NCBI GenBank assembly: GCA_049516395.1 | Contig: JBEKTD010000007.1 | Location: 47,853-111,852 of the forward strand | From: Sedimentisphaerales bacterium | GTDB taxonomy: Bacteria; Planctomycetota; Phycisphaerae; Sedimentisphaerales; Anaerobacaceae | Reading direction: 5' to 3' | DNA length: 64,000 nucleotides | Shown here: positions 9,073-18,600 of the stretch, one piece after another | Numbering within the stretch: the stretch's first letter is position 1 | Layout of the letters: every line of letters starts with the position of its first letter | Program-made: the position numbers and the translations under genes | Notes under the pieces: generated by a model | The model's input: the letters and a program-made list of their open reading frames with translations, nothing else | Databases searched by the model: none | What the model was told of the DNA's origin: nothing

Positions 9073-9891
9073 TTAGTAATTCGTCACAGGAACAAACCCC
9101 TTCGCTAAAATAATTTCCTGGCCTTTTTCGGTCAGATAGAACGTGCAGAACTTAAAGACCGTTGACCCAAGTTTAGGATAGCCATTCGTGAACATGAACA
9201 AAGGTCTCGCGACAGGGTAAGTGCCGTTTGAAATCGTCTGCTTTGTCGGCGCAATTCCGTCTATTTTCAACGCCTTGACGTCGGCATCAACGAAACCAAT
9301 ACCGACATAGCTGATTGCCCCGGCGGTGGTTTTCACTCTCGCCTGTGCCTGCGGATTCGAGTTGACGTATTCGACGTTACTGGCCAGCTTTTCCTTTTCC
9401 ATAATCTTATCGTTGAACGTCTCGTATGTTCCCGACGACGTGTCTCTGCTGACAATCACTATTTCCGCATCAGGGCCGCCTATTTCTTTCCAGTTCTTGG
9501 TTTTGCCTGCGTAAATATCACGCACCTGGGCTGTAGTTAATGCGGTAACGGTGTTCGACGGATGCACGATGATACATACGCCGTCCATAGCAATCGCGTG
9601 TGCGACGGGCAATACGTTGTGGTCAACAGCCGCTTTAAACTCTTTATCCTTCATGAACCGGCTCATAGTCGCTATGTCGCATCGGCTGTCAATCAAGGCG
9701 GCAGCCCCGTCGCCGCTGCCGGTCTTTTTTACGGTAATCTCAAGGCCCGGGTTGGTCCTCATAAAATATTCCGCGAAAGCATCTGCAATCGGGCCTACGG
9801 TTGTCGAGCCGTCGATTTGCAATGTCTCCGCCCGCACCAAGCCTGTGGCTGCGAGTGCCAGCAAAGCCAAACTACACACCAATCTCTTCAT
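9073..9891 (-). CDS. pstS: periplasmic phosphate-binding protein, PstS family
   Basis: 272 aa with a signal peptide. IDGSTTVGPI and KTGSGDGAAALI are typical of PstS-type PBP domains. Confidence 0.88.
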   Translation of the reverse strand: MKRLVCSLALLALAATGLVRAETLQIDGSTTVGPIADAFAEYFMRTNPGLEITVKKTGSGDGAAALIDSRCDIATMSRFMKDKEFKAAVDHNVLPVAHAIAMDGVCIIVHPSNTVTALTTAQVRDIYAGKTKNWKEIGGPDAEIVIVSRDTSSGTYETFNDKIMEKEKLASNVEYVNSNPQAQARVKTTAGAISYVGIGFVDADVKALKIDGIAPTKQTISNGTYPVARPLFMFTNGYPKLGSTVFKFCTFYLTEKGQEIILAKGFVPVTNY

Positions 9892-9927
9892 TTCGTTGTC
9901 TCCTTTTCACTCAATCTAAGCGAACAT

Positions 9928-9965
9928 TGTTAAAACCGTGTTAGTAATCAGTTAATCTTTCGTTA
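9928..9965 (-). promoter_or_regulatory. candidate Pho box array upstream of pstS
   Basis: nGTTA units start at 9928 (TGTTA), 9939 (TGTTA), 9950 (AGTTA) and 9961 (CGTTA), with exact 11-bp phasing. They lie in the 87-bp porin-pstS spacer. Confidence 0.45.
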
Positions 9966-9978
9966 GAGCAAATCATCT

Positions 9979-11277
9979 TTAAAACTTGAACACCAGATCC
10001 GCCTGCAGTCGGCGATATTTATCGTTCGTGGTTATATTTTCATCGATGAAGTAGGTCAGGGCGGTCTGAAAATTCTTCGCTAACTGATAGGTGAAGTTAA
10101 ACCAGTGCCCCCTGGCATTTGTCCCGCCGCCATCAAAATCGGAATCGTTGAATTGGCCTACCACGGCATCGGACTGAACTTCGCGATAGTTATAGCCGAG
10201 TTGCCATGAGCCGGGGTCTTTGGCTTTGTTGAACGTCGCGCCGATAAGCCAGGCATTGTTATATGAACTGGGCGCATCCGTGTTATGAGCAACATCGCCA
10301 TACACTGCGACCGGATAATCCGCAATTTTAGTGCCGTATTCCACGAATCCCTCGACGATGTCGAAGCCGTATTTGTAATTTCCGGCGGCCGCCGTGTTGC
10401 CAAGGAAGTTGGAACTGCCTTTCCAGAGTTTGGTGAGGTCGTTCTGGTCTTTTAAGTTTCCGTATGAGTAAAAGCTCATGCCGCCCAGGACGTAACTTTT
10501 GTCCTCGAAGGTGTTTTTAAGATAACCTTGTATCTCCCAAAGCGATGCGGCAGCCGAAGGTGTTGTGTCGGGATTATCGGGATTTCCAACCCAGAATCCG
10601 CCTCCGTTGATATATGCCTTTAACGAATCGTTAATCGGCATTTCGTATTTGGCAGCCAGTCCTTCCGGATTCAAATCGTCGTCCCAGATTAACTGGTTGT
10701 CGCCGACACGGTAGAATGTCCTGGGCATTTTGCCGCCTATGAAGTCGAAGCTCGCTATGTCTTTTGGATGCCAGTCAAAGTATGCCTGGTCGAGCCAAAT
10801 CGGTTTTTTGCTGAAAGCATCCCCCTCGGTCTGGTTTGTAGAAGTAGGGTCGCCGTTTGACCCGCTGCCAAGCCGGAAACCGACGTCAACTTCATCATTT
10901 ATTTTGTCGTAAATTCCAATCCTAGCGCGAAGTCGGTTTCGTTCTATGCTGTCGCTTTCGCCCTTGCTCGACCATTTACCTTTGCTCTGTGAATCAATCC
11001 CTTCGTAGCGGTATCGCAAATCGCCGCTGATTTTCATGTTCTCTACCCATTTGATACTGTCCGGCAATGCTGTCTGCTTTTGCTCTACGGCCTTGTTGAC
11101 CTCCTCGGCGACAACCTTCTTCTGCTGCGCTTCCATCTGGTCTAACCTGGCCTGCATATCAGCTATCTGCTTTTTCATATCGCTGATTTCGTCGGCCCTG
11201 GCGCTGCAGGCGAAGACCAGGCCCAGCAGCAGACACCCACAAATCATCCTTAATTTATTCATTACTCGTACCTCCAC
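9979..11277 (-). CDS. outer-membrane porin-like beta-barrel with an N-terminal coiled coil (likely phosphate/anion porin)
   Basis: 432 aa with a signal peptide and a coiled coil (ISDMKKQIADMQARLDQMEAQQKK). Alternating beta-strand pattern, aromatic-rich, C-terminal ...ADLVFKF. It lies between phoR and pstS. Confidence 0.65.
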   Translation of the reverse strand: MEVRVMNKLRMICGCLLLGLVFACSARADEISDMKKQIADMQARLDQMEAQQKKVVAEEVNKAVEQKQTALPDSIKWVENMKISGDLRYRYEGIDSQSKGKWSSKGESDSIERNRLRARIGIYDKINDEVDVGFRLGSGSNGDPTSTNQTEGDAFSKKPIWLDQAYFDWHPKDIASFDFIGGKMPRTFYRVGDNQLIWDDDLNPEGLAAKYEMPINDSLKAYINGGGFWVGNPDNPDTTPSAAASLWEIQGYLKNTFEDKSYVLGGMSFYSYGNLKDQNDLTKLWKGSSNFLGNTAAAGNYKYGFDIVEGFVEYGTKIADYPVAVYGDVAHNTDAPSSYNNAWLIGATFNKAKDPGSWQLGYNYREVQSDAVVGQFNDSDFDGGGTNARGHWFNFTYQLAKNFQTALTYFIDENITTNDKYRRLQADLVFKF

Positions 11278-11369
11278 AAAACACTTTTCTATTACTTGAA
11301 CGCTGACCCGAGACCACCCCGGATAGCATCGTACCCGTTTAGGATATTATTTGAGCTCCGCTAAAGGCC

Positions 11370-11396
11370 TGTTAAATTGATGTTAGAATTGCGTTA
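11370..11396 (-). promoter_or_regulatory. candidate Pho box array upstream of the porin gene
   Basis: TGTTA at 11370, TGTTA at 11381 and CGTTA at 11392, with 11-bp phasing. Confidence 0.4.
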
Positions 11397-11432
11397 ATTA
11401 AGGGAGATTGTTGGAGTAAGTCGAGAAAATGT

Positions 11433-13253
11433 TTATCTGATAGGCAGGTGAATAGTGAAGGTGCTGCCCTGGCCGGGAGAGCTTTCGACCGTTACCGAGC
11501 CGCCATGCAAATTGGTGATGTGCTTGACTATCGCAAGACCAAGACCCGTTCCGCCGAGTTTCCTCGTGCGGGCCTTGTCAACAACATAAAACCGCTCGAA
11601 TATTCGTGAAAGATGGCTCTTTTCTATGCCGCAGCCGGAATCCTTCACCGCGATAATCACTTCCTTCTCGGCCTGCGGTGAGCTTGTCGAATCCGCTGCG
11701 CGTGCGCTTATCTGAATCGTGCTTTCAGCGGAACTGTATTTAATGGCGTTATCAACGAGATTCAAAACCGCCTGCTCAAGCAAAGTCGGATTTATCAATG
11801 CCTCCAAATCGTCGTCACAATTGATATCGACTTTGATTTTCTTGTCGCCCGCCTTCGGACCGGAAAGCTCAACTGCCGATTCCAGCACGGGTCTGATTTT
11901 CAAATGCTCCCTCGCAATCATTCTCGTCTGGCCGTCTTCTTCCAGACGGGACAAGCTAAGTAAATCCTCGATAATCGCCATCAGCCGGTCGGTATGACCA
12001 GCTATAATGTTGAGAAATCGCTGCGCCTGTTCGGGTTCGTTAATTGCCCCGTCCAAGAGTGTCTCAACAAAACCTTTGATGGAAGTAATCGGCGTCCTCA
12101 ACTCGTGAGAAACGTTGGCCACAAAGTCGCGCCTGATATTTTCCAGCCGCTGCATCCTCGTCATGTCGCTCAATACGATAACAGCCCCGCTTTTATTGCC
12201 CTGATGGTCGGTGAGGTATGTGCCCCTCGCCCGCAGCGAAACGGGCTGCTCTGCCGACAGAGTAATATCCTCTTCAGTTGGCGCAGAGGACATCAGGGTA
12301 TATCGCATAAATCGCTGGATATCCACGTTCCTGATTGCCTCTTCAATACTGTGCCCTGTAGCCGAGACGCTGTCTATCTCAAGAAGCTGCGTCGCCTTTT
12401 TATTGATGTTCACGACTCGTCCGTCCGAGTCCACAGCTATTACGCCTTCAGCCATACTGCTTAAAATCGCTTCAAGCTGGTTCTTCTGGTTTGTTATGGT
12501 TTCGATTGTCCGCTTTAGACGGTCAGCGGTTTCGTTAAGCGCCCCTGCAAGCTCGGCGAGTTCCTCAGAGTCCGGAACGGGAACCCTGTGGTCTAACTGT
12601 CCCGCGGCAAACCGCTTCGCGGCGTCTTTCATTTGTTCGATTGGCCGGGTTATTTTACGAGATACAACTAAAGTTACGCCGGCTGCACAAACCGCCGCCC
12701 CCACCATTCCCCAGATGATTTTTGTGTAAATATCATTTAGCGCCTTGTCAACAGCGATAACCGAAAGCGACCCGCGAACAACCGCCAGCGGTGAGCTTGT
12801 CGAATCCGTTATTGTTTGCTCCTGCTCTTTGAGAGACACAGCGATATACATCATATTTTTGCCAAGGGTGTCGCTGAATCGCACGCTTCTGCCGGTCCGC
12901 CCGTTCATCGCCTGCCTGAACTCAGGCCGGTCCGCGTGATTTTCCATATTGGCCGGCTGCTGGTCCGAATCGCCGACAACCCGGCCGTCAGGGAGTATCA
13001 TCGTCAGACGAATCCCGGCGGTTTGACCAAGCAATTTGCATAACTGGTCAACCTCGTCGAAATTTTTCTGGTTCACAGCAGGCAAAATCTGCCGGCCCGC
13101 AAGCTGAATCCTCGATTCGAGATTTTGTGCAATCTCATCATAATAAAACCAGCGGAACGAATAAGACGCATACCAGCTTAAAAGAACAAGCGCAAGGATA
13201 GTAATTATCAGGTAGGGAAGATAAAGCTGCCAAAGCAGACGCCTTTTCGCCAT
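11433..13253 (-). CDS. phoR: PhoR-like sensor histidine kinase (TM, HAMP, PAS, HisKA, HATPase)
   Basis: 606 aa with H-box FVANVSHELRTPITSIKGF, N-box LVDNAIKYS and G-boxes DSGCGI..GGTGLGLAIVKH. It is adjacent to phoB and the pst genes. Confidence 0.85.
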   Translation of the reverse strand: MAKRRLLWQLYLPYLIITILALVLLSWYASYSFRWFYYDEIAQNLESRIQLAGRQILPAVNQKNFDEVDQLCKLLGQTAGIRLTMILPDGRVVGDSDQQPANMENHADRPEFRQAMNGRTGRSVRFSDTLGKNMMYIAVSLKEQEQTITDSTSSPLAVVRGSLSVIAVDKALNDIYTKIIWGMVGAAVCAAGVTLVVSRKITRPIEQMKDAAKRFAAGQLDHRVPVPDSEELAELAGALNETADRLKRTIETITNQKNQLEAILSSMAEGVIAVDSDGRVVNINKKATQLLEIDSVSATGHSIEEAIRNVDIQRFMRYTLMSSAPTEEDITLSAEQPVSLRARGTYLTDHQGNKSGAVIVLSDMTRMQRLENIRRDFVANVSHELRTPITSIKGFVETLLDGAINEPEQAQRFLNIIAGHTDRLMAIIEDLLSLSRLEEDGQTRMIAREHLKIRPVLESAVELSGPKAGDKKIKVDINCDDDLEALINPTLLEQAVLNLVDNAIKYSSAESTIQISARAADSTSSPQAEKEVIIAVKDSGCGIEKSHLSRIFERFYVVDKARTRKLGGTGLGLAIVKHITNLHGGSVTVESSPGQGSTFTIHLPIR

Positions 13254-13256
13254 CCA

Positions 13257-13940
13257 TTAGTCCTTGAAACGATAGCCCACGCCTCTTACGGTCTCAATAT
13301 ATTTTCCGAACTGGCCGAGCTTGCGCCTTAAAGAAACAATCTGAACATCCACAGCCCGGTCGGTCACAACATAATTACTCCCGCGAATCGCGTCAACTAT
13401 ATTGTATCTGCTCAGCACTAATCCCGGCCTCTTCGCCAGCGTATAAAGAATCATAAACTCCGTAAAGGTCAGTTCAATCGGCTTGTTTTTGAGTTTCACC
13501 TCGTATCGGGCCGGGTCTATGGTCAAATCGTGAATCTTGACAGGCGTATTTTCCTGCTTTGCCGCTGTTGCCCTGTATAGAATCCGCCGAACCCTGGCGA
13601 TAAGGACCTTGGGGCTAAACGGCTTTGTAACATAATCATCCGCGCCTACCTCCAGGCCTGAAACAACATCTGACTCCTCACCTTTGGCGGTAAGCATTAT
13701 TATAGGGATAGAACTGGTTTTTGAATCGGCCTTAAGCTGCCTGCAAACCTCGATGCCGTCTATCCCCGGTAGCATACGGTCAAGCAGTATCGCGCTTGGC
13801 GGGTTGGCCTTCGCTTTTTTCAGTGCTTCTTCGCCGGTAATGGCTGTTTCAACCTTGAATCCTTCTTTGTTGAAGTTATACCGCACCAGTTCCAGCACAT
13901 CTTCTTCGTCATCTACAGCAAGTATGCTTCCTCTGACCAC
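13257..13940 (-). CDS. phoB: OmpR/PhoB-family response regulator
   Basis: 227 aa. The receiver domain has ILAVDDEED...LLDRMLPGIDG...MLTAKG, and the winged-helix output domain ends ...IETVRGVGYRFKD. Confidence 0.88.
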   Translation of the reverse strand: MVRGSILAVDDEEDVLELVRYNFNKEGFKVETAITGEEALKKAKANPPSAILLDRMLPGIDGIEVCRQLKADSKTSSIPIIMLTAKGEESDVVSGLEVGADDYVTKPFSPKVLIARVRRILYRATAAKQENTPVKIHDLTIDPARYEVKLKNKPIELTFTEFMILYTLAKRPGLVLSRYNIVDAIRGSNYVVTDRAVDVQIVSLRRKLGQFGKYIETVRGVGYRFKD

Positions 13941-13984
13941 TTGTAGTCCTTTCCCTATGTTTTTTGGATAGTATCCGCTGCTTA

Positions 13985-14022
13985 TGTTAGCAAATGATTA
14001 GTTTAATGTAAAAACTTTGTTA
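13985..14022 (-). promoter_or_regulatory. candidate Pho box array upstream of phoB (autoregulation)
   Basis: Units at 13985 (TGTTA), 13996 (GATTA), 14007 (TGTAA) and 14018 (TGTTA), with 11-bp phasing. Confidence 0.35.
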
Positions 14023-14176
14023 AACTAAAATGCCGGAAAGATATGAAATTAGGTTGTTTTACTGAAAAAGATAAAAGCGGCACGTATCACCAATAAGGTT
14101 TGACTGTAATCACTACTATTGTTCTTCGTTAGCAGCTATAGCATCGATTGAAGGATTTAGTCAAGCATTCTCAACG

Positions 14177-14266
14177 GTGTCAAAAAAGTGTCAGTCGCCA
14201 GTGGTTTGCCACTGTAAGTTCACTTGTAAACGATTAGTTAATCACTTGCAATCCTCATTTTGACAC
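14177..14266 (+). repeat. 90-bp MITE-like dispersed repeat, copy 1 (9-bp terminal inverted repeats GTGTCAAAA/TTTTGACAC)
   Basis: 86 of 90 positions are identical to 39993..40082 in the same orientation. It contains an internal hairpin CAGTGG-tttg-CCACTG. Weaker similarity continues about 18 bp to ...ccataagc. Confidence 0.8.
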
Positions 14267-14315
14267 TAAAAAGCAGCCATAAGCTCTTACGCAGGAAGGG
14301 GTTACGAGCAGGCGA

Positions 14316-14359
14316 CGGGCTTATGAATCCCATGCTCTAACCAACTGAGCTACACCGCC
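14316..14359 (-). pseudogene. tRNA 5' half (acceptor 5' strand, D-arm, anticodon arm with CAU anticodon); no T-arm or 3' acceptor strand
   Basis: The reverse complement reads GGCGGTG-TA-GCTC-AGTTGGTTA-GAGC-A-TGGGA-TTCATAA-GCCCG. The following sequence (TCGCCTGCTCGTAACCCC...) cannot form a T-arm, and no CACCGCC occurs before phoB. Confidence 0.55.
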
Positions 14360-14476
14360 TCAAAATCTGTAACCGCCTATGTAATAACAGTTTCCGGCTT
14401 TGTCTGTCAACTGTTTCATTCTCAAAAAGTTTCAAAAATGGCAAAATGTGTCAGTTTTGTGATTGTGCAACCCATG

Positions 14477-15640
14477 TTACCGTAAATACGCGTCTGCTCC
14501 GCCGCTTTTGACAACTTTGTACTCCGGCCCAACGGTAATCAGGATGGCCTCGACGCCGTCCAGCGACTCAACAAGCGCAAGGCCCTTTTCAGCCCCCATT
14601 ACATTTACAGCCGTTGAAAGTGCATCCGTATCCACAGCATTTGCGGCAAGGATGGTGTCGCTGCTTAACTTGTTTGCCCCTGTCGCAGTGTTCGTATCAA
14701 TGATGTGACTATATTTCTTTCCGCCTATGGTTACAAATCGCCTGTAGTCGCCGCTTGTTGAAACCGCCATATCATTCACTTTCAAGACCATCAACACCTG
14801 TTCTGCGCCAATGGCGCCATTCGAGTCCGACGGGTTTGCCGCAACTGGGTTTTGCAGACCAACCCGCCAGGTGTCTTTGTCTGCCGGTTTGCCGAAGCAG
14901 CGTATATCGCCGCTCGCACAGACCATACCGCCAATGGCCCCCTCCCGCCGCATCACCTCAACGGCCTTATCGACCGCGTAACCTTTTGCTATACCGCCCA
15001 AATCCAGACGCATCCCTTTAACTGCAAACCGCACTGTTCGCTCATTCGCATCCAGTATCAGTTTTTCAAATCCGACGCGAGCTTTGGCGGTGGCAAGGGT
15101 ATTTTCGTCAGGCACGGTATTCGCCTCGCCCGCTTTATGCCATAGGTCCACCAAAGGCCCGACGGTAACATCAAACGCACCATTGGAAAGCCGGCTGAAC
15201 CTGACGCTTTTTTGAAGTATTTCAAAAAGTTCGGGGCTGACCTTGACGGGGTTTGTAAATGCCTCGCGGTTGACCCTGCTTAGCTCGGAGTCATTCTTGT
15301 AATCACTCATCATCGCATCGATTCGTTTGAGTTGTTCAAATCCCGCCTCGATGCAGCGTTTGCCCTGCCATTGGTGTTCTGTCACCGCCACTACTCGCAC
15401 CAATGTCCCCATCACCTCGCGGTAGCCGCCGTCGATTTCAACCGGCTGGCGCATTTTTTCCGCCACATAAAAATAAACGCCGGCTAAAAGGGCCACGGCG
15501 ACAACAATTTTTATCGCAACTTGTCTGCTGCTGTTCTCCAACTCTATCTCCAGAAAAACAAAATTCGGGTAACTAAAAGGTTTATTGGGAGTCCGTCTTT
15601 TTATAGAAATCGGCTTCGTGTTCCGACAGTTTGTTTTCAC
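14477..15640 (-). CDS. apbE: FAD:protein FMN transferase ApbE
   Basis: Motifs GAFDVTVGPLVDLW, LDLGGIAKGYAVD and VSTSGDYRRF. The N-terminus has a TM anchor. A likelier start is TTG 15541, preceded by GGAG, which removes the 59-nt overlap with the upstream ORF. Confidence 0.88.
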   Translation of the reverse strand: MKTNCRNTKPISIKRRTPNKPFSYPNFVFLEIELENSSRQVAIKIVVAVALLAGVYFYVAEKMRQPVEIDGGYREVMGTLVRVVAVTEHQWQGKRCIEAGFEQLKRIDAMMSDYKNDSELSRVNREAFTNPVKVSPELFEILQKSVRFSRLSNGAFDVTVGPLVDLWHKAGEANTVPDENTLATAKARVGFEKLILDANERTVRFAVKGMRLDLGGIAKGYAVDKAVEVMRREGAIGGMVCASGDIRCFGKPADKDTWRVGLQNPVAANPSDSNGAIGAEQVLMVLKVNDMAVSTSGDYRRFVTIGGKKYSHIIDTNTATGANKLSSDTILAANAVDTDALSTAVNVMGAEKGLALVESLDGVEAILITVGPEYKVVKSGGADAYLR

Positions 15641-18600
15641 GAATCATGTTTTTAATTTTCTGTGTATCGACGTTTCTGGGTTGTCCCGCCGAAGGCGATG
15701 CCGCAACGGCGGTCGAGGGAACCGGCAATTCCCTGATGAAGCTTTCGACAGACACAGAAGTAATACCAATAGCAATTACAAGCACCGCCGGGAGAAAATA
15801 GCGAGAGGCAAAACCGGCAGATGATTCAGCTACAACGGATTTTTTCTCATATCGGCATTTGTCGCAATAGATACAATCGAGCTTGTCATTGAAGCTCAAC
15901 CCGTATTCACAGTTGGCGTATCGCTTCGCAGGCAAAAACCGACTGAATATTGCGATTTTATTAAACAGCGACAAAAATGCCCCGGCAGGACACAGATACC
16001 GGCACCAGAAACGCGAATAGAAAAAAGAGCCGATAACCGCCACGGCTGCGATGAGCAGCAGGGGCCCGTTAAAATGCCTGAAACTGAAGACCCTAATCAA
16101 CGGGTCGATGGCAAGAGTATTATGATTTCGAGACAGGAAAAACGCAGCCACGAGAACAAAAAGAACGACGAATTTGACGAATCTTCCTTTTTGCATCTGC
16201 TCCCTTGACAGAATCGGCCTGAACCGGGCCGGCAGAACATAACCGATAAATTCCTGCAAGGCGCCGAAGGGGCACAGATACCCGCAATAGATGTTGCCAA
16301 AAACAATAGCCAGCAACGGCGCTGCGATTGCAAGAATAAATGCTCCCGTCGATACTGAAAGAGGGATAGCCAATGACAACAAAGAAGCAATCTGTTCGGT
16401 AGAAAACTGGGCGTTGAGAAAAATACCGCCGAGGAGAACGTTAAAACCGAGGACAAACAATCGTGTCCGCAAGCCGCCCCGATATATGACAAGCAGAGTG
16501 ATGAGAAAAGCAAAGACAAGATATATGCCTTGTGAATCGAGCAGCCCGTGAGCGGTCGTAGTCGTTTTTTGCTGAGCGTTTTGGCCGAGGATTTGAGTAG
16601 CGAAGGCGCTGCCTGACTGGGCGAGAGATTCGAGGACTGCTTTTGAACTGACGGTCGCGCCTGTGACAGTATCGACATTTGCGAATGGCTGAGGACTGAA
16701 AAGGGTGTGGTCTTTTAGCGAAGGCAGCCAGTTAGTGAGCATATCGAGATAAGAGGGAGTTTCATTCGAACTAATTATGTGAAAATCAAGGAGATTGCCT
16801 GCGGCATCGGTGCGAATGGCGATATTTATTTTGCCGCCGAATCCCTGGACATTCGGGGCAAGGTCAGCGGAACTAAAAATGAAACCCGCGAGTTTGTCGT
16901 TGGCGTCGTAGGTTTTAAAATAGGTCGCTGTCCTGACTGTATTGGGCAGGGCGATAGTTGCGGCTTCAAGTCGGAGCGAGCCGACCAAGACCTGAGCTTC
17001 GCGTAGCGGAAGCGCAGGAGTAAATCTGGCGCCTGCAGTAACGAGCAGATTTGAGCAAAGGATTAGCGATACAGCAATGCCAAACAGTGCATAACCTGCT
17101 GAACGAAAAATTGGTGATACGAAGAATTTCCCCGGACGGTCTATCCTCAACAAAGTTGCGGGCAGGTTGGCAAGGGTGAGTAATATGAACATCAGTATTG
17201 TAATCTTTGCGCCAAGTATGGGAATAAGAACAAGGGCGGCTAACAGCCCCCCTGCCGCCGCACCAATATGGTCGGCATATTCGAGCCGTACAGATGCCTG
17301 TGTGGTATTCAAACCGTTCACGGCCAAAAGATTGCCAATTATCGGGAAGTAAGAACCGGCGCACAAGCCGCAGACAATAAATGCGACTGCGAAACTGATA
17401 TGAGACCAGCCCGAAGCAGGCCAAAAGGCAACGGCTGCCAGAACAGCACAATGGACCAACAGGACCGTCATAAGAAGCGACTCAGAATTCCGCAAATATT
17501 TCCTTTGTAGAAGGCGATTGGCGATTGTTGCGCCTGCGGCGAGGCCAGCCATATACATCGAAGATATTGCGCCTATATGAAGATAGAGGGAACCGAAACG
17601 GGTCTGGTAGAGATACATCAAAACGATTACGACACCGATACCGACAGCACCCGTGGAGAAAATCAGAAATGTGAAGTCAAAGGTTGCCGGCCTGGCGGCA
17701 GCGGGTAAAGTCAGAATAAATATCAATCGCAAAATAACGTAAATGATAACTGGAACTAAAAATACCGGAAGGCCGGCAAGCAAAAGATGCTTGAAAAACA
17801 AAGTTACAGGCGCATCGGATTCTTTGGCCGCGAGCAATAGGGCGTAGAGATTGGCCAGCGGTCTCGAATCGCGATTGAGAAGATGCTCGGCGGGCAGGTC
17901 AACGGCGTTATATGCGTCGAATGCCTTGGCGGCTCGGTCGGGCAGGTAGATACTCAAAAGACCATTAGGCGGATATGAATTAGCAGCGTTTGGAATGGAG
18001 GCGAAACGTTCCCGCAGTATGCCGGGGTCGCCTGTAAGGTTGTTAGAGTCGGAGACGATAAACCAGGAGTTGTCGCCGGGCACAAGGGCAATATGAGAGA
18101 AAATCTGTTCGAGCGTAAGCTTTGTAGAAGCGCCGATAGTGGCAAGCTCAGTACCCATAATGTTTTCGCCGGCTGGAATACGAACAGCAAGTACGCCTGA
18201 AGAGCCGAGAGCGGTTTTCAACTGCTCATAAAACTCGATTGTAAAGTAACGATTCAGGATTGAACTTGTTGCGTCGGGAAGATTGATGATTACAAGGTCG
18301 AATCGTTCTTTTTGCCGGCTCAACAAAGCACGCGGGTCATCCGTAAAACTCTCAAATCGCTTATCAGAGATGCTCATTTGTCGCGGCACAAATTCCAGGA
18401 CACGACGGATATACTCGCTGTCAGGATTAGCCCAGACAACACTGTCAATTTGCGGAAGCTGCAGAAACTCACGACAAAGGGCGAGTCCCGAACCAATTAC
18501 GAGAACACGAGATGCCTTCAGATTCTGCGATAGCGTAAGAGCAACAATTCTTCCGGCGGAAGTCGGGTCGGGGACGGCCTCGACAACACTGCCTTCACGG

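Noticed and set aside
14177-14359. tRNA interrupted by a group I intron, or a split tRNA whose 3' half is nearby
   Set aside because: No 3' acceptor strand (CACCGCC) or T-arm consensus exists anywhere between the fragment and phoB. The downstream sequence is a dispersed repeat, not an intron-like fold, so I call it a truncated pseudogene.
16097-17451. Minus- and plus-strand ORFs inside the 1287-aa gene (for example 16097..16678 at 193 aa and 16966..17451 at 161 aa)
   Set aside because: They are alternative-frame overlaps of a long ORF with clear domain content. They are Ser/Cys/Arg-rich low-complexity translations.
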